This document shows, in pieces, positions 8,990 through 17,849 of a stretch of DNA of 64,000 nt. The DNA lies in NCBI GenBank assembly GCA_038319665.1, contig JBBQDL010000003.1:11129-75128 (forward strand). The letters are read 5' to 3'. Numbering within the stretch: position 1 is the first letter of the stretch; every line of letters begins with the position of its first letter. Under the pieces are notes generated by a model. That model ran no database searches and was not told the origin of the DNA. It saw only the letters and a list, made by a program, of their open reading frames with translations. The stretch is from Candidatus Limnocylindrales bacterium (GTDB taxonomy: Bacteria > Chloroflexota > Limnocylindria > Limnocylindrales > CSP1-4). A program made the position numbers and the translations under genes.

Positions 8990-9823
8990 ATCAGTCGAGA
9001 CCTGCGCGTCAACCAGATGATCCGCATCCCACAGGTGCGAGTCGTCGATGAAGAGGGTGCCCAGCTTGGTGTCATGCCCACGCCACAGGCGCTCGAGATG
9101 GCGCAGGAGCGAGGTCTCGACCTCGTCGAGGTCGCACCGATGGCCTCGCCGCCGGTGGTCAAGTTCCTCGATTTCGGCCAGTACAAATACGATCTGACCA
9201 AGCGGGAGAAGGAAGCCAAGCGCAAGCAGCGTTCGGTGACCTTCAAGGAGGTCCGCCTCTCGCCCAAGATCGGGACGGGGGACTTCGACACCAAGGTCCA
9301 TCGCGCGGTCGAATTCCTCGAGGACGGCGATCGGATCAAGGTGACCGTTCGGTTCCGTGGTCGGGAATTGACCCATCCGGAGCTCGGTCGCAACCTCCTC
9401 GGGAAGTTCGTCGACCGGGTCAAGGATCACGGGGTCGCGGAGCGAACGCCGCTCCTCGAAGGCAAGTCGATGCACATCACGATGGCATCGCTCCACAAAC
9501 CGAAGGTCCACGAGTTGACGAACGCGCGAAGCGCCGAGGCGCACGAAGACGGGATCGAAGCCGGACCCGTTGCAGCCACGACCGAACCGAAACAGGAAGC
9601 CAAGATCGAAGCCAAGATCGAAGCCAAGAGCGAAGCCAAGCCCGAAGCCAAGCCAGCGGCCAAGACCGAGGCCGTGGCGGAAGCCAAGACCGAAGCTGTC
9701 GCGGAAGCCAAGCCGGTGCCGGCCGTCGTGCCCGAGCCTCCCGTGAGGGCGGTCCCGAAGGCGGCACCGAAGCAGACCGTCGAACCGACGCCGGCCCCCG
9801 AGCCGGTGACGTCAGGAGAATGA
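8990..9823 (+). CDS. infC: Translation initiation factor IF-3 with Ala/Glu/Lys/Pro-rich C-terminal extension; non-canonical ATC start
   Basis: SD GAAGGGG then in-frame ATC at 8990 giving (M)SRDLRVNQMIRIPQVRVV; DFGQYKY, KEVRLSPKIG, FRGRE motifs. Confidence 0.95.
   Translation: MSRDLRVNQMIRIPQVRVVDEEGAQLGVMPTPQALEMAQERGLDLVEVAPMASPPVVKFLDFGQYKYDLTKREKEAKRKQRSVTFKEVRLSPKIGTGDFDTKVHRAVEFLEDGDRIKVTVRFRGRELTHPELGRNLLGKFVDRVKDHGVAERTPLLEGKSMHITMASLHKPKVHELTNARSAEAHEDGIEAGPVAATTEPKQEAKIEAKIEAKSEAKPEAKPAAKTEAVAEAKTEAVAEAKPVPAVVPEPPVRAVPKAAPKQTVEPTPAPEPVTSGE
9596..9714 (+). repeat. Coding tandem repeat in the infC tail (12-nt GAAGCCAAGnnn x5, then 24-nt units)
   Basis: gaagccaag recurs at 9596, 9608, 9620, 9632 and 9644; encodes EAKI-EAKI-EAKS-EAKP-EAKP-AAKTEAVA-EAKTEAVA-EAKP. 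Confidence 0.85.
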
Positions 9824-9830
9824 GGCCAGG

Positions 9831-10028
9831 ATGCCCAAGATCAAGAGCCACAAGGCGGCGCAAAAGCGGATCGGCGTGACCGGCAGCGGCAAGTTCGTCC
9901 GCGTCAACGCTTGGAGCGGGCATCACCTCGAGATCAAGTCGTCCCGACGGACCCGCCGCTACGCGGGCAAGTCCGTCATCGGACCCGAACACGCCAGGCA
10001 GGTCCGTCGCCTGCTGCCGTACCTCTAG
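9831..10028 (+). CDS. rpmI: 50S ribosomal protein L35
   Basis: MPKIKSHKAAQKRIGVTGSGK; lies between infC and rplT. Confidence 0.95.
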   Translation: MPKIKSHKAAQKRIGVTGSGKFVRVNAWSGHHLEIKSSRRTRRYAGKSVIGPEHARQVRRLLPYL

Positions 10029-10043
10029 GAGCAGGCCGAACCG

Positions 10044-10397
10044 ATGGCACGAGTCAAGCGGGGCGTCACGTCCCACCGGCGCCACAAGCGCCTCATGCAA
10101 GACGCCGAGGGCCGCAAGGGCGCCAAGTCGCGCCTGGTCAAGCCGGCGCGCGAGGCGCTGCTCCACGCGCTCGCCTATGCGACGCGCGACCGCAAGCAGC
10201 GCAAGCGCCAGTTCCGCCAGCTGTGGATCATCCGGATCAATGCGGCGGCGCGCCAGAACGGGCTGACCTACGGCCAGTTCATCGCGGGCCTCAAGAAGGC
10301 CGACATCGAGATCGACCGCAAGATCCTGGCCGATATCGCCGTCCGCGACGCCGCGACCTTCGGCAAGATCGTCGACCTCGCCAAGACGACCGGCTAG
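10044..10397 (+). CDS. rplT: 50S ribosomal protein L20
   Basis: [44 protein letters not shown]. Confidence 0.97.
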   Translation: MARVKRGVTSHRRHKRLMQDAEGRKGAKSRLVKPAREALLHALAYATRDRKQRKRQFRQLWIIRINAAARQNGLTYGQFIAGLKKADIEIDRKILADIAVRDAATFGKIVDLAKTTG

Positions 10398-10519
10398 GCG
10401 ATCCGGCGGCGGTCCGGCGGCGTGCCGATCGAGACCGTTCGCACACCCCTCGACAGGCCCTCGACGTCGCCGACGCTCGGGGGCGCTGGATCCCACGGCC
10501 CATGGATGGAAGGACCGAC

Positions 10520-11560
10520 GTGGATCTCGCCGACCTGACACGCGACCTCGAATCGCTCCGCTACGACGCGCTTGCCGCGATCGTCGCGACGAGCGACGTG
10601 GCCGCCCTCGAGGCGCTCGAGCTCGACGTCCTGGGCAAGAAGGGTCGCCTGACTACCATCCTGCGCGGCATCGGCGCGCTGCCGCCGGAGGACCGGCCAC
10701 GGGTCGGCTCAGTCGCGAACATTGTCCGTGCGGCCGTCGAAGGCGCGCTCGCGGCGCGGGGCGCGGACCTGCGGGGCGCTGCACAAACGGGGCGCCTCGC
10801 CTCCGAGACGCTCGATGTCACGACGCCCGGCCGGCCGATCCGGCGCGGGACCCTCCATCCCAGCGTCGAGGCGATGGGCCAGATCGTCGAGATCTTCGGC
10901 CAGTTCGGATTCGTCGTATTCGAGAGTCCCGAGATCGAGGACGACCTGACCAACTTCCAGATGCTCAACATCCCGCCCGACCACCCCGCGCGCGACCTGT
11001 GGGACACGCTCTACGTGGATGTCGAGGGCCGGCTCTTGCGGACCCACACGTCGCCGGGCCAGATCCACGCGATGCGCTCGATGCAGCCGCCGATCCGGGC
11101 GCTCCTGCCCGGCCGCTGCTTCCGCTACGAGGCGATCGACGCGTCGCACGGCTCGGAGTTCTTTCAGGTCGAGGGCCTGATGGTCGACGAGGGGACGACC
11201 ATGGGCGACCTCAAAGGCCTCCTCGACCAGTTCGCCAAGGCGATGTACGGGGCGGACAAGAAGACCCGGTTCCGCCCTGGGTACTACCCGTTCACAGAGC
11301 CGTCCGTCGCGTTCGACGTCGAGTGCTTGGTGTGCGGCGGATCGGGCTGTCCGGCGTGCGGTCGGACCGGCTGGATGACGATCCTCGGCGCCGGGATGGT
11401 CCACCCGGTCGTGCTCCAGTACGGCGGGCTGGACCCGGAGCGCTACCAGGGCTTCGCGTTCGGGATGGGCCCGGAGCGGATCAAGATGCTCAAGCACGGC
11501 ATCACGGACCTGCGGCTCTTCCTCGACAACGACCTGCGCTTCCTGGAGCAGTTCCGATGA
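10520..11560 (+). CDS. pheS: Phenylalanine--tRNA ligase alpha subunit
   Basis: HPARDLWDT, LLRTHTSPGQ, FFQVEGL, FRPGYYPFTEPS, GFAFGMGPER; GTG at 10520 follows SD GGAAGGA (alternative ATG at 10502). Confidence 0.96.
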   Translation: MDLADLTRDLESLRYDALAAIVATSDVAALEALELDVLGKKGRLTTILRGIGALPPEDRPRVGSVANIVRAAVEGALAARGADLRGAAQTGRLASETLDVTTPGRPIRRGTLHPSVEAMGQIVEIFGQFGFVVFESPEIEDDLTNFQMLNIPPDHPARDLWDTLYVDVEGRLLRTHTSPGQIHAMRSMQPPIRALLPGRCFRYEAIDASHGSEFFQVEGLMVDEGTTMGDLKGLLDQFAKAMYGADKKTRFRPGYYPFTEPSVAFDVECLVCGGSGCPACGRTGWMTILGAGMVHPVVLQYGGLDPERYQGFAFGMGPERIKMLKHGITDLRLFLDNDLRFLEQFR

Positions 11561-14046
11561 GGGTCCCGCTCGGCTGGCTGCGCGAGTTCGTCGATGTCGA
11601 CCTGACCCCTGAGGTCCTCGCCGAGCGTCTGACCCTGCTCGGGATGGAAGTGCAGGGGATCATCAAGTGGGGCGAGGACTGGCGCAACGTCGTCACCGGC
11701 GAGCTGCTGTCCGTGGAGCGTCACCCTCGGGCCGACCGCCTTTCGCTGACCCGCGTCTCGGTCGGCGACGGCGAACCGCTCGAGATCGTCTGTGGCGCGA
11801 CGAACATCGCGGCCGGCCAGCGCGTCCCGGTCGCCTTGCCCGGCGCGGTCCTGCCCGGCGACCGCCGGATCGAGCGGACCGAGAAGATGGGCGTCGTGAG
11901 CAACGGGATGCTCTGCTCTGGTGAGGAGCTGGGCCTCACCGCCGATGGCGACGGGATCCTCATCCTGCCGCCCGACACGCCGATCGGCCGACCGCTCGCC
12001 GAGCTCTTCGGCGAGGTCATCCTGGACGTCGACGTCAAGCCGAACCGTGGTGACGCGCTCTCGATCGTCGGTCTCGCGCGCGAGGTCGCGGCGGCCACCG
12101 GAACGAAGCTGCGCCTGCCACCGACCGATGTTGCCGAGTCGGGCCGGCCGACCGCCGAGCGCCTCCGGGTCGAGGTCCTCGATCCGGACCTCTGCCCGCG
12201 CTTCGTCGGCCGTTGGGTGAGCGGCGTCAAGATCGGTCCGTCGCCCGACCGAGTGCAGATGCGTCTGCTCGCCGCCGGCCAGCGTCCGGTCAGCAACGTC
12301 GTGGACGCCTCGAACTACGTGATGCTCGAGCTGGGCAAGCCGATCCACACCTTCGACGCCTCCGCGGTCTGGGAGGGCCGGATCATCGTGCGGCGGGCGA
12401 AGGCCGGCGAGCGGCTCGAGACGCTCGACCACGTCGAGCGCGAGCTCGATCCCGAGACGCTCGTGATCGCCGATCCGAACGGCCCGATCGGGATCGCGGG
12501 GGTGATGGGCGGCGCGACCTCCGAGATCCGCGACACGACGACGGACGTGGTCGTGGAGTCGGCCATCTTCGACCCGATCGGAATCCGCCGGACGGCCTTC
12601 CGCTACGCCCTCCGCTCGGAGGCGAGCCTGCGCTTCGAGAAGGGCCAGGAGTTCCGCCTCGCCAGACTGGGTGCCGATCGAACGGCCCGCCTCATCGTCG
12701 ACTGGGCCGGCGGCGAGGTCGCACCGGGCGCCGTGGATTCGAACCCCGCGGAACCAGCGCTGACCCACGTCGCGTTCCGACCCGCCCGGGTCAACCGCCT
12801 GCTCGGGACGACCTTGGGCACCGATGAGCAGCGCGCGCTCCTGACGCGGGTCGGTATCGAGACGGCCCCGTCGGCTCCGGGGGCTCGCGTCCGCGTCGCT
12901 GCCGGAACCAAGCCGCTCGACGTCGAGCCCGCGAGCGACGAGGTGGTCGACGCCATCGTGCCGACCTGGCGGCGCGACCTCGGGGTCGAGGCCGATATCG
13001 CCGAGGAGATCATCCGGGTCCGCGGCTACGAGCTTGTCCCGGCCAGCCTGCCGCATACCCCGATGCCGGCCTTCCGGCCGGATCCCCTGGCTATCCGGAA
13101 CGAGGTCCGGGAGACGCTCGTCGGGGCCGGCCTCACCGAGGTCGTGACCTTTGCCCTCGTCGCGCCCCGGATGGTCGAGCGCTTCGGGGCGCATGACGAC
13201 GGTGTCCCCGAGGGCGAGCCGGAGCAACGCGCTGGTGGCCGACCCATCGTCGTCAACAACCCGCTCTCGAGTCAGCACTCGGTCCTGCGCCAGAGCCTCG
13301 TCGGGAGTCTCCTCGACATCGTCTCGACCAACCTTCACCAGGGCCGGGACGATATCGCCATCTTCGAGGTGGGGAAGGGCTACGGGGCGCCCTCCGAGTC
13401 CTCGACCCACGAATGGTGGCGTCTGGGGTTCGCGCTGACCGGCGCAGGCCAGCCATCGGCTTGGGACCGGGCGGTTCGGCCGTACGACCTCGATGACGCG
13501 AAGGGCGTCCTGGACCTGCTCTGCCGGCGACTCGGCTTCGCGTCCCCGGCCTTCACGCCTCTCGCCGACGACATCAACCTGCATCCCGGCCGCGCGGCCC
13601 TCGTCCATGCCGAAGGCGATCTCGTCGGTCGACTGGGCGAATTGCACCCCGATGCGGTGGCCGCGCTCGACCTGCGAGCCGAGCGCGTGTACGTCGCCGA
13701 GATCGCGGTCGCAGGCCTGGCGGGCGGCCGCCCGGCGGACTTCCGGGTCCTCCCGCCGTCGCGGCAGCTTTCGGTCGAGCGCGACGTGGCCGTCGTCGTT
13801 CCACTCGAGACGCCCGCGGCCATCGTCGAGGCCGCGATCCTGCGCCATGGCGGCCCGCTGCTGCGTGGGGTCGCGCTCTTCGACATCTACCGCGGCCGAC
13901 CGCTGGCGGAGGGCGACAAGAGCCTCGCCTATCGCCTGACGCTGCGAGACGACGAGCGGACATTGACCGAAAGCGAGCTCGACGCAGCCGTCGCCGCGGT
14001 CGTGGCCGGCCTGGCGGCCGACATCGGGGCGCGCTTCCGAACCTGA
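11557..14046 (+). CDS. pheT: Phenylalanine--tRNA ligase beta subunit
   Basis: MRVPLGWLREF, IVCGATN, DVKPNRGDALS, SEASLRFEKG, PTWRRDL, KSLAYRL; ATGA overlap with pheS. Confidence 0.96.
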   Translation: MRVPLGWLREFVDVDLTPEVLAERLTLLGMEVQGIIKWGEDWRNVVTGELLSVERHPRADRLSLTRVSVGDGEPLEIVCGATNIAAGQRVPVALPGAVLPGDRRIERTEKMGVVSNGMLCSGEELGLTADGDGILILPPDTPIGRPLAELFGEVILDVDVKPNRGDALSIVGLAREVAAATGTKLRLPPTDVAESGRPTAERLRVEVLDPDLCPRFVGRWVSGVKIGPSPDRVQMRLLAAGQRPVSNVVDASNYVMLELGKPIHTFDASAVWEGRIIVRRAKAGERLETLDHVERELDPETLVIADPNGPIGIAGVMGGATSEIRDTTTDVVVESAIFDPIGIRRTAFRYALRSEASLRFEKGQEFRLARLGADRTARLIVDWAGGEVAPGAVDSNPAEPALTHVAFRPARVNRLLGTTLGTDEQRALLTRVGIETAPSAPGARVRVAAGTKPLDVEPASDEVVDAIVPTWRRDLGVEADIAEEIIRVRGYELVPASLPHTPMPAFRPDPLAIRNEVRETLVGAGLTEVVTFALVAPRMVERFGAHDDGVPEGEPEQRAGGRPIVVNNPLSSQHSVLRQSLVGSLLDIVSTNLHQGRDDIAIFEVGKGYGAPSESSTHEWWRLGFALTGAGQPSAWDRAVRPYDLDDAKGVLDLLCRRLGFASPAFTPLADDINLHPGRAALVHAEGDLVGRLGELHPDAVAALDLRAERVYVAEIAVAGLAGGRPADFRVLPPSRQLSVERDVAVVVPLETPAAIVEAAILRHGGPLLRGVALFDIYRGRPLAEGDKSLAYRLTLRDDERTLTESELDAAVAAVVAGLAADIGARFRT

Positions 14047-14200
14047 CCGGAACCGACCGGACCGGACCGCACTCCCGCGCACTGTGCCAGTCCTGGCCAG
14101 TCTCGACCGGTCGGTCCCAGCGCTTGCCGCGCGTCGATGGCCGCTGCTACCCTTGGCCGGCTCCGGCTCCGCCGGACGCACCGTCAAGGAGGCGAACCGC

Positions 14201-14788
14201 GTGGACGTGGGGGCAACGCTCAACGGGATCAGTGCGGTCGATCTCGTCATCGCGCTCTATTTCCTGGGTTTCTTCGTGCTCGGCTTCGCGCAGGGGACGA
14301 TCCGGCGATTGCTCGGGATCGGCTCGATCCTGTTCTCGTTCCTGTTCGCGGCCAACCTCGCCGAGCCGCTCGGGAACTTCCTCGGGGCGAACTGGACGCA
14401 GTTCCCGCGCGAGTACAGCTATATGGTCGGTTTCGCGACGATCTTCATCGCGTCGAGCGTCGCGTTCGCGCTGGTGGTCCAGGGCTTCTACAAGCCCCAG
14501 CCGCTCTTCCAGCGAGCCCGCTTCGCGGACGAGATCATCGGCGGCCTGTTGGGCCTGGTCCAGGCGGCCATCATCTTCGGCGCCGTGCTGATCATCCTCG
14601 ATACGTTCTTCCGGATCCCCGGCGTCCCGGTCAACTCCAACGAGCTGCCGTTCCTGCGCGAGCTGTGGGGCGCGCTGGATGGCTCCAAGTTCGCCGAGGT
14701 CTTCCGCGGCACCCTCATCCCGGACTTCTTCCTCCTGCTCGGCCTGTTCATCCCGAACAAGATCGAACAGTCCTACCCGCGCGCCTGA
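14201..14788 (+). CDS. cvpA: CvpA (colicin V production) family membrane protein
   Basis: AGGAGG SD at 14187-14192, GTG start; D-x-VI...GF-x-QG motif, four TM segments, [13 protein letters not shown]. Confidence 0.8.
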   Translation: MDVGATLNGISAVDLVIALYFLGFFVLGFAQGTIRRLLGIGSILFSFLFAANLAEPLGNFLGANWTQFPREYSYMVGFATIFIASSVAFALVVQGFYKPQPLFQRARFADEIIGGLLGLVQAAIIFGAVLIILDTFFRIPGVPVNSNELPFLRELWGALDGSKFAEVFRGTLIPDFFLLLGLFIPNKIEQSYPRA

Positions 14789-15465
14789 GCGCTGTCGACC
14801 GGGGCCTGCTCGCGGGCCCGACGCTCGAAGCGGCGCGCGCGCTCATCGGCGCACGCCTCGTCCGCCATGACACGACCGGCCGGCGCGTAGGGCGCATCGT
14901 CGAGCTCGAGGCCTATATCGGCCGCGACGACCGAGCCTCGCATGCCCGCTTCGGCCAGACGGCGCGCAATCGGGTCATGTTCGGGCCGCCGGGCCGGGCC
15001 TACGTGTACCTTGTCTACGGGATGTACGACTGCCTCAACATCGTCACCGAACCCGATGGCGTACCGGCCGCGCTGCTCGTCCGCGCGGTCGAGCCGATCG
15101 AGGGGATCGTGGCGATGCGCATCGATCGCGTCGTCCGGTCGGCAGCTCGCCGCCGGAGCCTGACGGGCGAGCGGGCCGTCGCCGAGGCGCTCCGGATCGA
15201 ACGCCTGCCGAGCGCGCGGCTGGCCAGCGGTCCGGGGCTCGTGGCGGCCGCCTTCGGTCTCGACACGGCCTGGACCGGGATGGACCTATGTGACCCGGCA
15301 TCGGCGCTCCGGCTCGAGCCGGCGCCAGCTGGTGACGCGCCCCCAGCCATCGCGACCACGGCGCGCATCGGCATCGACTACGCGGGCGACCCGTGGACCT
15401 CCCGTCCGTGGCGGATCGTGGCGCGCGGGAATCCCTCGGTCTCCGGGCCGGCCGCCACGCGCTGA
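14785..15465 (+). CDS. mpg: DNA-3-methyladenine glycosylase (MPG/AAG family); probable CTG start
   Basis: [55 protein letters not shown] motifs; no nearby ATG/GTG/TTG start. Confidence 0.9.
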   Translation: MSAVDRGLLAGPTLEAARALIGARLVRHDTTGRRVGRIVELEAYIGRDDRASHARFGQTARNRVMFGPPGRAYVYLVYGMYDCLNIVTEPDGVPAALLVRAVEPIEGIVAMRIDRVVRSAARRRSLTGERAVAEALRIERLPSARLASGPGLVAAAFGLDTAWTGMDLCDPASALRLEPAPAGDAPPAIATTARIGIDYAGDPWTSRPWRIVARGNPSVSGPAATR

Positions 15466-15479
15466 CGGTCGGGATGCCC

Positions 15480-17849
15480 ATGGACGAGCGCTCGCTCAGC
15501 CTGCTCGAGTTCCCGGCCATCCGGGCGCGCCTCGCCGCGGCGACATCGTTCCCGCCCGGCCGTCGTCTGGCCGAGGCGCTGGAACCGTCGAGCGACCCGG
15601 TCGTCGTCACCCGCGGCCTGGACGAGACCGACCAGGCCCGCGACTTCCTCGAGGAGCGACCCGGCGCAGGGATCGGCGCGGCGCGCGACATCGGACCGGC
15701 GATCGACCGGGCGGTCCGCGGCGGGCGCCTCGAGCCCGCCCGGTTCCTCGAGATCGCGGAGACGCTCGACGCCACGACCCGCCTCGCGACGGTCCTCGCC
15801 GACGAGCGCCGACCGCTACTGCGCGATCTCGGTCGCGAGCTCCACGCGCTGCCGGCTCTGCGTTCGACCCTGGCGCGAAGCTTCGACCCCGTCGGCGAGC
15901 TGCTCGACACCGCGTCACCGCGCCTCGGCGGGCTGCGATCGGCCGTCCGCGTCGCCTACGACCGGCTCCGTCGGCGGCTCGACGCCCTCGTCGGGTCGGA
16001 GCTCGGGAACGCGCTCCAGGAGCCCATCATCACGCTGCGTAACGGGCGCTACGTGGTCCCGGTCAAGTCCGAGGCCCGCAGTCGGGTCAAGGGCATCGTC
16101 CACGACGCCTCGGGGAGTGGCCAGACCCTGTTCATCGAGCCACTCGTCGCGGTCGAGCTCGGCAACGCCTGGCGCGAGGCCCAGGTCGCCGAGGCCGAGG
16201 AGGTTGCGCGCATCCTCGACGAGCTTTCCGCGTTCGTGGCGGCCAACGCGGACGCCCTGCGTGAGACACTCGATGCGCTCGCGCGCTTCGACCTGTGGGC
16301 GGCCAAGGCGTCGCTCGCGGCGGAGATGCGGGCGACCCGGGCCGAGACCGCCGATCGCCCTGAGGCGGTCCTGCTCTCGGCTCGCCACCCGGGCCTGACC
16401 GGCCGCGTCATCCCGATCGACATCCGCCTGGGCGACGGCTACACGGCACTCGTCGTGACCGGCCCGAACACCGGCGGCAAGACGGTCACGCTACGAACGC
16501 TCGGGCTGCTCAGCCTCATGCACCAGGCTGGTCTCCATGTCCCCGCGGAGGCCGGCAGCCGGCTCCCGATCTGGCGCGACGTCTTCGCCGACATTGGCGA
16601 CGAGCAGTCGCTCGCGCAGTCGCTCTCGACGTTCTCGGGTCACCTGCGTTCGATCATCCGGATCGTCGAGGCGGCCGGGCCGGGGACGCTCGTGCTGCTC
16701 GACGAGCTCGGCGCCGGGACGGACCCGACCGAGGGTTCGGCGCTCGCCCAGGCCCTCCTCGACCATTTCATCCGAGCCGGCGCGCTGGTGGCCGCGACGA
16801 CCCACTACGCCGAGCTCAAGGCCTACGCGCACACCACGGCCGGGGCGCGCAACGCGGCGGTCGAATTCGACCTCGAGACGCTCTCGCCGACGTACCGGCT
16901 GACGATCGGCCTGCCGGGTGGCAGCCAGGCCTTCGCGATCGCCGAGCGGCTCGGTCTCCCAGAGGAGATCGTCGACGATGCTCGTTCGCGCTTGTCGGAG
17001 TCGCAACGGTCGTTCGAGGCGACGCTGGCCTCGATCAAGGCGACCGAGGGCGAGACCAGTGAGGCGCTCGATCGCGCCCGCGCGGCGGAACTCCGTGCGG
17101 CCGAGGCGCTGCGCGCCGCCCAGGAGGAGCGCCGACGCGCGCGCCGGGAACGCGATGAGGCGGTCAGCGCCGCCCGGGCTGAAGCGGACCGGATCGTGGA
17201 CGACCTGCGGATCGAGGTGCGGACGACCCGCGAAGGCCTGGAACGCGAGACCGTCACGGCCTCGGCCCTCGATGACGCGGTTGCGCGCGCCGAACGCGAG
17301 CTCGAACGCCTGCCGGCGGGGGCGCCGGTCCCGGTCCCGGAGGTCGTCCAGGCGCGTCAATGGCGGCTCGGCGAGCGGGCACGCAGCGTGTCGGGCGGCT
17401 GGGAGGGTCGCATCGCCGCCCTGGAGCGTGGCGGCAAGCGCGCGACGCTCGAAGCCGGTGGGATGCGCGTGACGGTCGATACCGACGATCTGGTCCCATC
17501 GCTGCCCGATGCCGGGTCGGACCGCGGTTCGAATGGCTCGGTCGCCTCAGCTTTGGGTTCGGACCCCTCGTCGAATGCAGCCGAGCTGCGGCTCGATCGG
17601 GCGCGCTCGGTGGCCTCATCGCTGGACGTGCGCGGCGCCAGGGTGGACGAAGCGCTCGAGGCGCTCGATCGTTACCTCGACGATGCCGGACTGGCCGGGC
17701 TCGACAAGGTCCTCATCATCCACGGTATGGGGACCGGGGCCGTCCGGGACGCCGTGCGCTCGGCGGCGGCGAGCCATCCTCTCGTCAAGTCGCTGCGCCC
17801 TGGCCAGCGCGGCGAAGGCGGTGACGGGGCGACGATCGTCGAGTTCTAG
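15480..17849 (+). CDS. mutS2: Endonuclease MutS2
   Basis: MDERSLSLLEF, VTGPNTGGKT Walker A, DIGDEQS, LSTFSGH, LLDELGAGTDP, C-terminal Smr domain (LDVRG, IIHGMGTG). Confidence 0.95.
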   Translation: MDERSLSLLEFPAIRARLAAATSFPPGRRLAEALEPSSDPVVVTRGLDETDQARDFLEERPGAGIGAARDIGPAIDRAVRGGRLEPARFLEIAETLDATTRLATVLADERRPLLRDLGRELHALPALRSTLARSFDPVGELLDTASPRLGGLRSAVRVAYDRLRRRLDALVGSELGNALQEPIITLRNGRYVVPVKSEARSRVKGIVHDASGSGQTLFIEPLVAVELGNAWREAQVAEAEEVARILDELSAFVAANADALRETLDALARFDLWAAKASLAAEMRATRAETADRPEAVLLSARHPGLTGRVIPIDIRLGDGYTALVVTGPNTGGKTVTLRTLGLLSLMHQAGLHVPAEAGSRLPIWRDVFADIGDEQSLAQSLSTFSGHLRSIIRIVEAAGPGTLVLLDELGAGTDPTEGSALAQALLDHFIRAGALVAATTHYAELKAYAHTTAGARNAAVEFDLETLSPTYRLTIGLPGGSQAFAIAERLGLPEEIVDDARSRLSESQRSFEATLASIKATEGETSEALDRARAAELRAAEALRAAQEERRRARRERDEAVSAARAEADRIVDDLRIEVRTTREGLERETVTASALDDAVARAERELERLPAGAPVPVPEVVQARQWRLGERARSVSGGWEGRIAALERGGKRATLEAGGMRVTVDTDDLVPSLPDAGSDRGSNGSVASALGSDPSSNAAELRLDRARSVASSLDVRGARVDEALEALDRYLDDAGLAGLDKVLIIHGMGTGAVRDAVRSAAASHPLVKSLRPGQRGEGGDGATIVEF

